Shown: positions 61,745 through 64,000 of the stretch, in pieces
How the letters are laid out: every line of letters starts with the position of its first letter
How positions within the stretch are numbered: position 1 is the first letter of the stretch
Assembly: GCA_963575745.1 (NCBI GenBank)
Contig: CAUYUJ010000159.1
Coordinates: forward strand, 310,001-374,000
Source of the DNA: Prorocentrum cordatum
Taxonomy: Eukaryota
DNA: 64,000 nucleotides
Reading direction: 5' to 3'
Notes under the pieces: generated by a model
Seen by the model: the letters and a program-made list of their open reading frames with translations, nothing else
What the model was told of the DNA's origin: nothing
Database searches by the model: none
Program-made: the position numbers and the translations under genes

Positions 61745-62897
61745 ATGGTGCCGCCGCCGCAGCCGCCTGTCCTCCGCGGACCTCGTCGACCCACGCGGGC
61801 GTGCCGGCGCTGCTCGGCGAGCGCCCAGTGGGCATGCCGCATTCGGTGCGCCTGCGGCAATGAGGCGCGGAACCGCATCAAGGTCAGAGCGATCAAGCAG
61901 CAGAAGACCTGGGACGCCAACGCCCAGGCGCGGCAGGCTGGTGCTGGAGGCGGTCGCCGACCGCAGGCGCCAGGCAGTGACGACCTTTGGAAGCGGATGG
62001 CGGCCCTCGAGAAGACGATCGCAGATGCGCTCCGCGCGGGCCAGGGCACCGAGCCAACGGCTGACAAGCTGAGGTTCACCCGCGCTCCATGGGCGGCAGC
62101 GCCCGATGCCCAGGCCGCTGCTGAGCCGAAGGCCGACGACACCGATGCAGATAAACGAGCCATCTATGCTGCACAGCTTGCCAGCTTTGAGGCCTCGCTC
62201 AAGACACTACCTTCTGGAGGCGCTTGGGCAGACCTCCGCGCGCAGATCCAGGGCAAGATTGATCATATCAAGCTGCTGCAACAAGGGCTACGACCTCCAA
62301 CTGTCGCACACCGTCGCGCGGCGCAGGACCTACAGAAAGCCAGGCAAGCACAGATTCGCATTGAAAAAGAGATCACAGAGAAAGAGGAGCAGCTCGCAAA
62401 GCTGCGCGAGAGTCTCGAAAGCAAAAAGCACTGCTCTCGAGGCAAAGAAACAGGATACCATTGCCTTGCAGCGCGAGCTCGATTCCACCGCATCGGCTGT
62501 CGGTGGCAAGTCCCCAGGCGCAGCTTCAAGTTTCTCTCCAGATGCGTTTGATGTCAAGGCTGAAGAAGTTGATGATCAGGACCTTCAGGCATTCCTCCAG
62601 TCGCCGCTTTGGGGCAAACTCCGCGAGGCGTCGGCTGCGAATACCCCCGCCAAGTCTGAGCCCATGGAGACTGAGGATGCCCAGCCTGGTCCTGCCACTG
62701 ATCCTGGTAGCCATGTTCGCGCACCTGCTGACCAGCCAGCCGACGGTCCAGTCGACGGACGTGGAGTCAAGCGAGGTATCGATGAGTTGGGCGAGGATGA
62801 GCTGCGGCAGCTTTTCGGATTGGCCAAAGACGGAGGTCACCAAGCCAGTTTTGTCGAGAAGTGCCGCGAGCTTGGAAAGAAGCCCAAGTATTCCTAG
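61745..62897 (+). pseudogene. LINE ORF1 (RanBP2-like zinc finger plus coiled coil), one frameshift near 62420
   Basis: TRACRRCSASAQWACRIRCACG, then a long heptad-rich segment (DLQKARQAQIRIEKEITEKEEQLAKLRESLE/STALEAKKQDTIALQRELD), with a stop at 62897. The frame is open back to ATG 61529. Confidence 0.7.
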
Positions 62898-62973
62898 TAC
62901 GTTGCTTGTCTCTGGTGCCCGCCTGCTCGGTAAATTGGCCCGCAGGCCGCCCGCGGCCAAGGAGCAGGGTACA

Positions 62974-64000
62974 ATGTTCATAGCGACTTCCAATGCTAGC
63001 GGGGGCCGTGCCACGCTCAAGTCTCGCCTCGCACAGAGCACAGCGATGATACTGGTGTGCCAGGAGGTAGGTGTCGTACCCGACACGCTGGAGCAACTTT
63101 ACAGTTGGGCGGCCAACCGCGGGTGGAAGACGGCTGCCATACCTGCGAACCCAAGTGAAGAATCGATTATGTCCAGTGGTGTAGCCGTGTTTGTTCGCGA
63201 CGATCTTGGGCTCAAGCATCCACCCGATGGTCAATTGGTTTGTGAGCATCGGCTACAACGTGTCCTTGTTGACTTACCTGGGTGGTCTGGGCTCACGTTG
63301 CTAAACGGAGATCTGCGTGACTCTATCGGTGCCACGGGCATCAACGCTGACATTATTGCGGCTGCTGGGAAGATATAAGCGAGGACGGCGACGCCCAACA
63401 TCATCGGAGGCGACTGGAATATGACGGCTCGCGACCTCGAGGATTCTGAGTTTCCAAGGTTGGCGAAAGTCACGCTCGCGGTGCACGACCAGGTCACGTT
63501 CAGCGGCGGAACTGGTTCGTCTACTATAGATATTTTTGGGCTTGACGACGCCGCTATACGAGGGTACCGAGGCGCCAGGGCAGCCATGACATGGCACAGG
63601 AAAGCTCATAGACCTGTTCAGTTAAAGATGGTTGATACTGTTATGGCAAACAACACTACGTATACTCAGACACACAGAAGTTACCGTCGGTGGCCCCGCC
63701 AGGTCAAATGACACGCCCCGTTGATTGGTCTGTACACGCTGCTCTTGCTCAGCACGCAGTTGCCCTCGCTCAAGATGGTACAACTGGCCCCGCTGTTGTG
63801 TGGGCTCGCACCGCGCGTGTCTACGGTAAGTTCGCAGCGTCCGTGGCAACACATGTTGCAGCACACGGGAGTCGAGCTGGAGCAGGCTGGCGCTTGTGGG
63901 CGAAATCTGCAGCCGAGGCGGGTCAGCGCCACTTACCCTGCCAGCGTTGAAAGTGATTTTCAAAGCATTGCGCGAGGATGGAAGTGGCTTCAGGAGGCGC
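62974..64000 (+). pseudogene. LINE ORF2 N-terminal apurinic/apyrimidinic-like endonuclease, disrupted
   Basis: TSNASG, LVCQE, SSGVAVFV, IIGGDWN, VTF, STIDIF and AHRPV. Premature TAA at 63376-63378 and a frameshift near 63680. Confidence 0.9.

Larger units (their letters stand above)
61507..64000 (+). mobile_element. 5' portion of a two-ORF non-LTR retrotransposon beginning with the SL relic (runs off window)
   Basis: SL, then ORF1, then an APE-endonuclease ORF2 on the same strand. Confidence 0.85.

Overview
This is repeat-saturated, GC-rich eukaryotic DNA, very probably from a dinoflagellate: a 21/22 match to the dinoflagellate spliced leader (DinoSL) lies at 61507-61528. I can support no intact host gene, rRNA, tRNA or CRISPR array, although short exons in long introns would be invisible to me. 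Main contents: (1) A decayed ~9.1-kb Ty1/copia LTR retrotransposon (1214-10343) with ~95%-identical LTRs and a half-tRNAiMet (Hemivirus-type) primer site. It has an unusual zinc-finger set: a PHD-like finger, CCCH plus CCHC fingers, and two tandem CxxC-H-H-C motifs. (2) Nested inside it, a 1.4-kb antisense insertion with a GAGGAG target-site duplication (TSD), one intact 288-aa ORF and a (TA)n tail. It looks like an ORF1-only (HAL1-like) retroposon or a retrocopy. (3) Three non-LTR retrotransposon relics; one starts exactly at the SL relic, which suggests a trans-spliced LINE. (4) Two MITE-like families with 4-bp TSDs. (5) At least six minisatellite or satellite arrays, including a 4-kb array of 88-bp units with two probable Helitron coding fragments. 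(6) Several dispersed repeat families and many microsatellites. All alignments and counts were made by eye, so boundaries of degenerate repeats are approximate.
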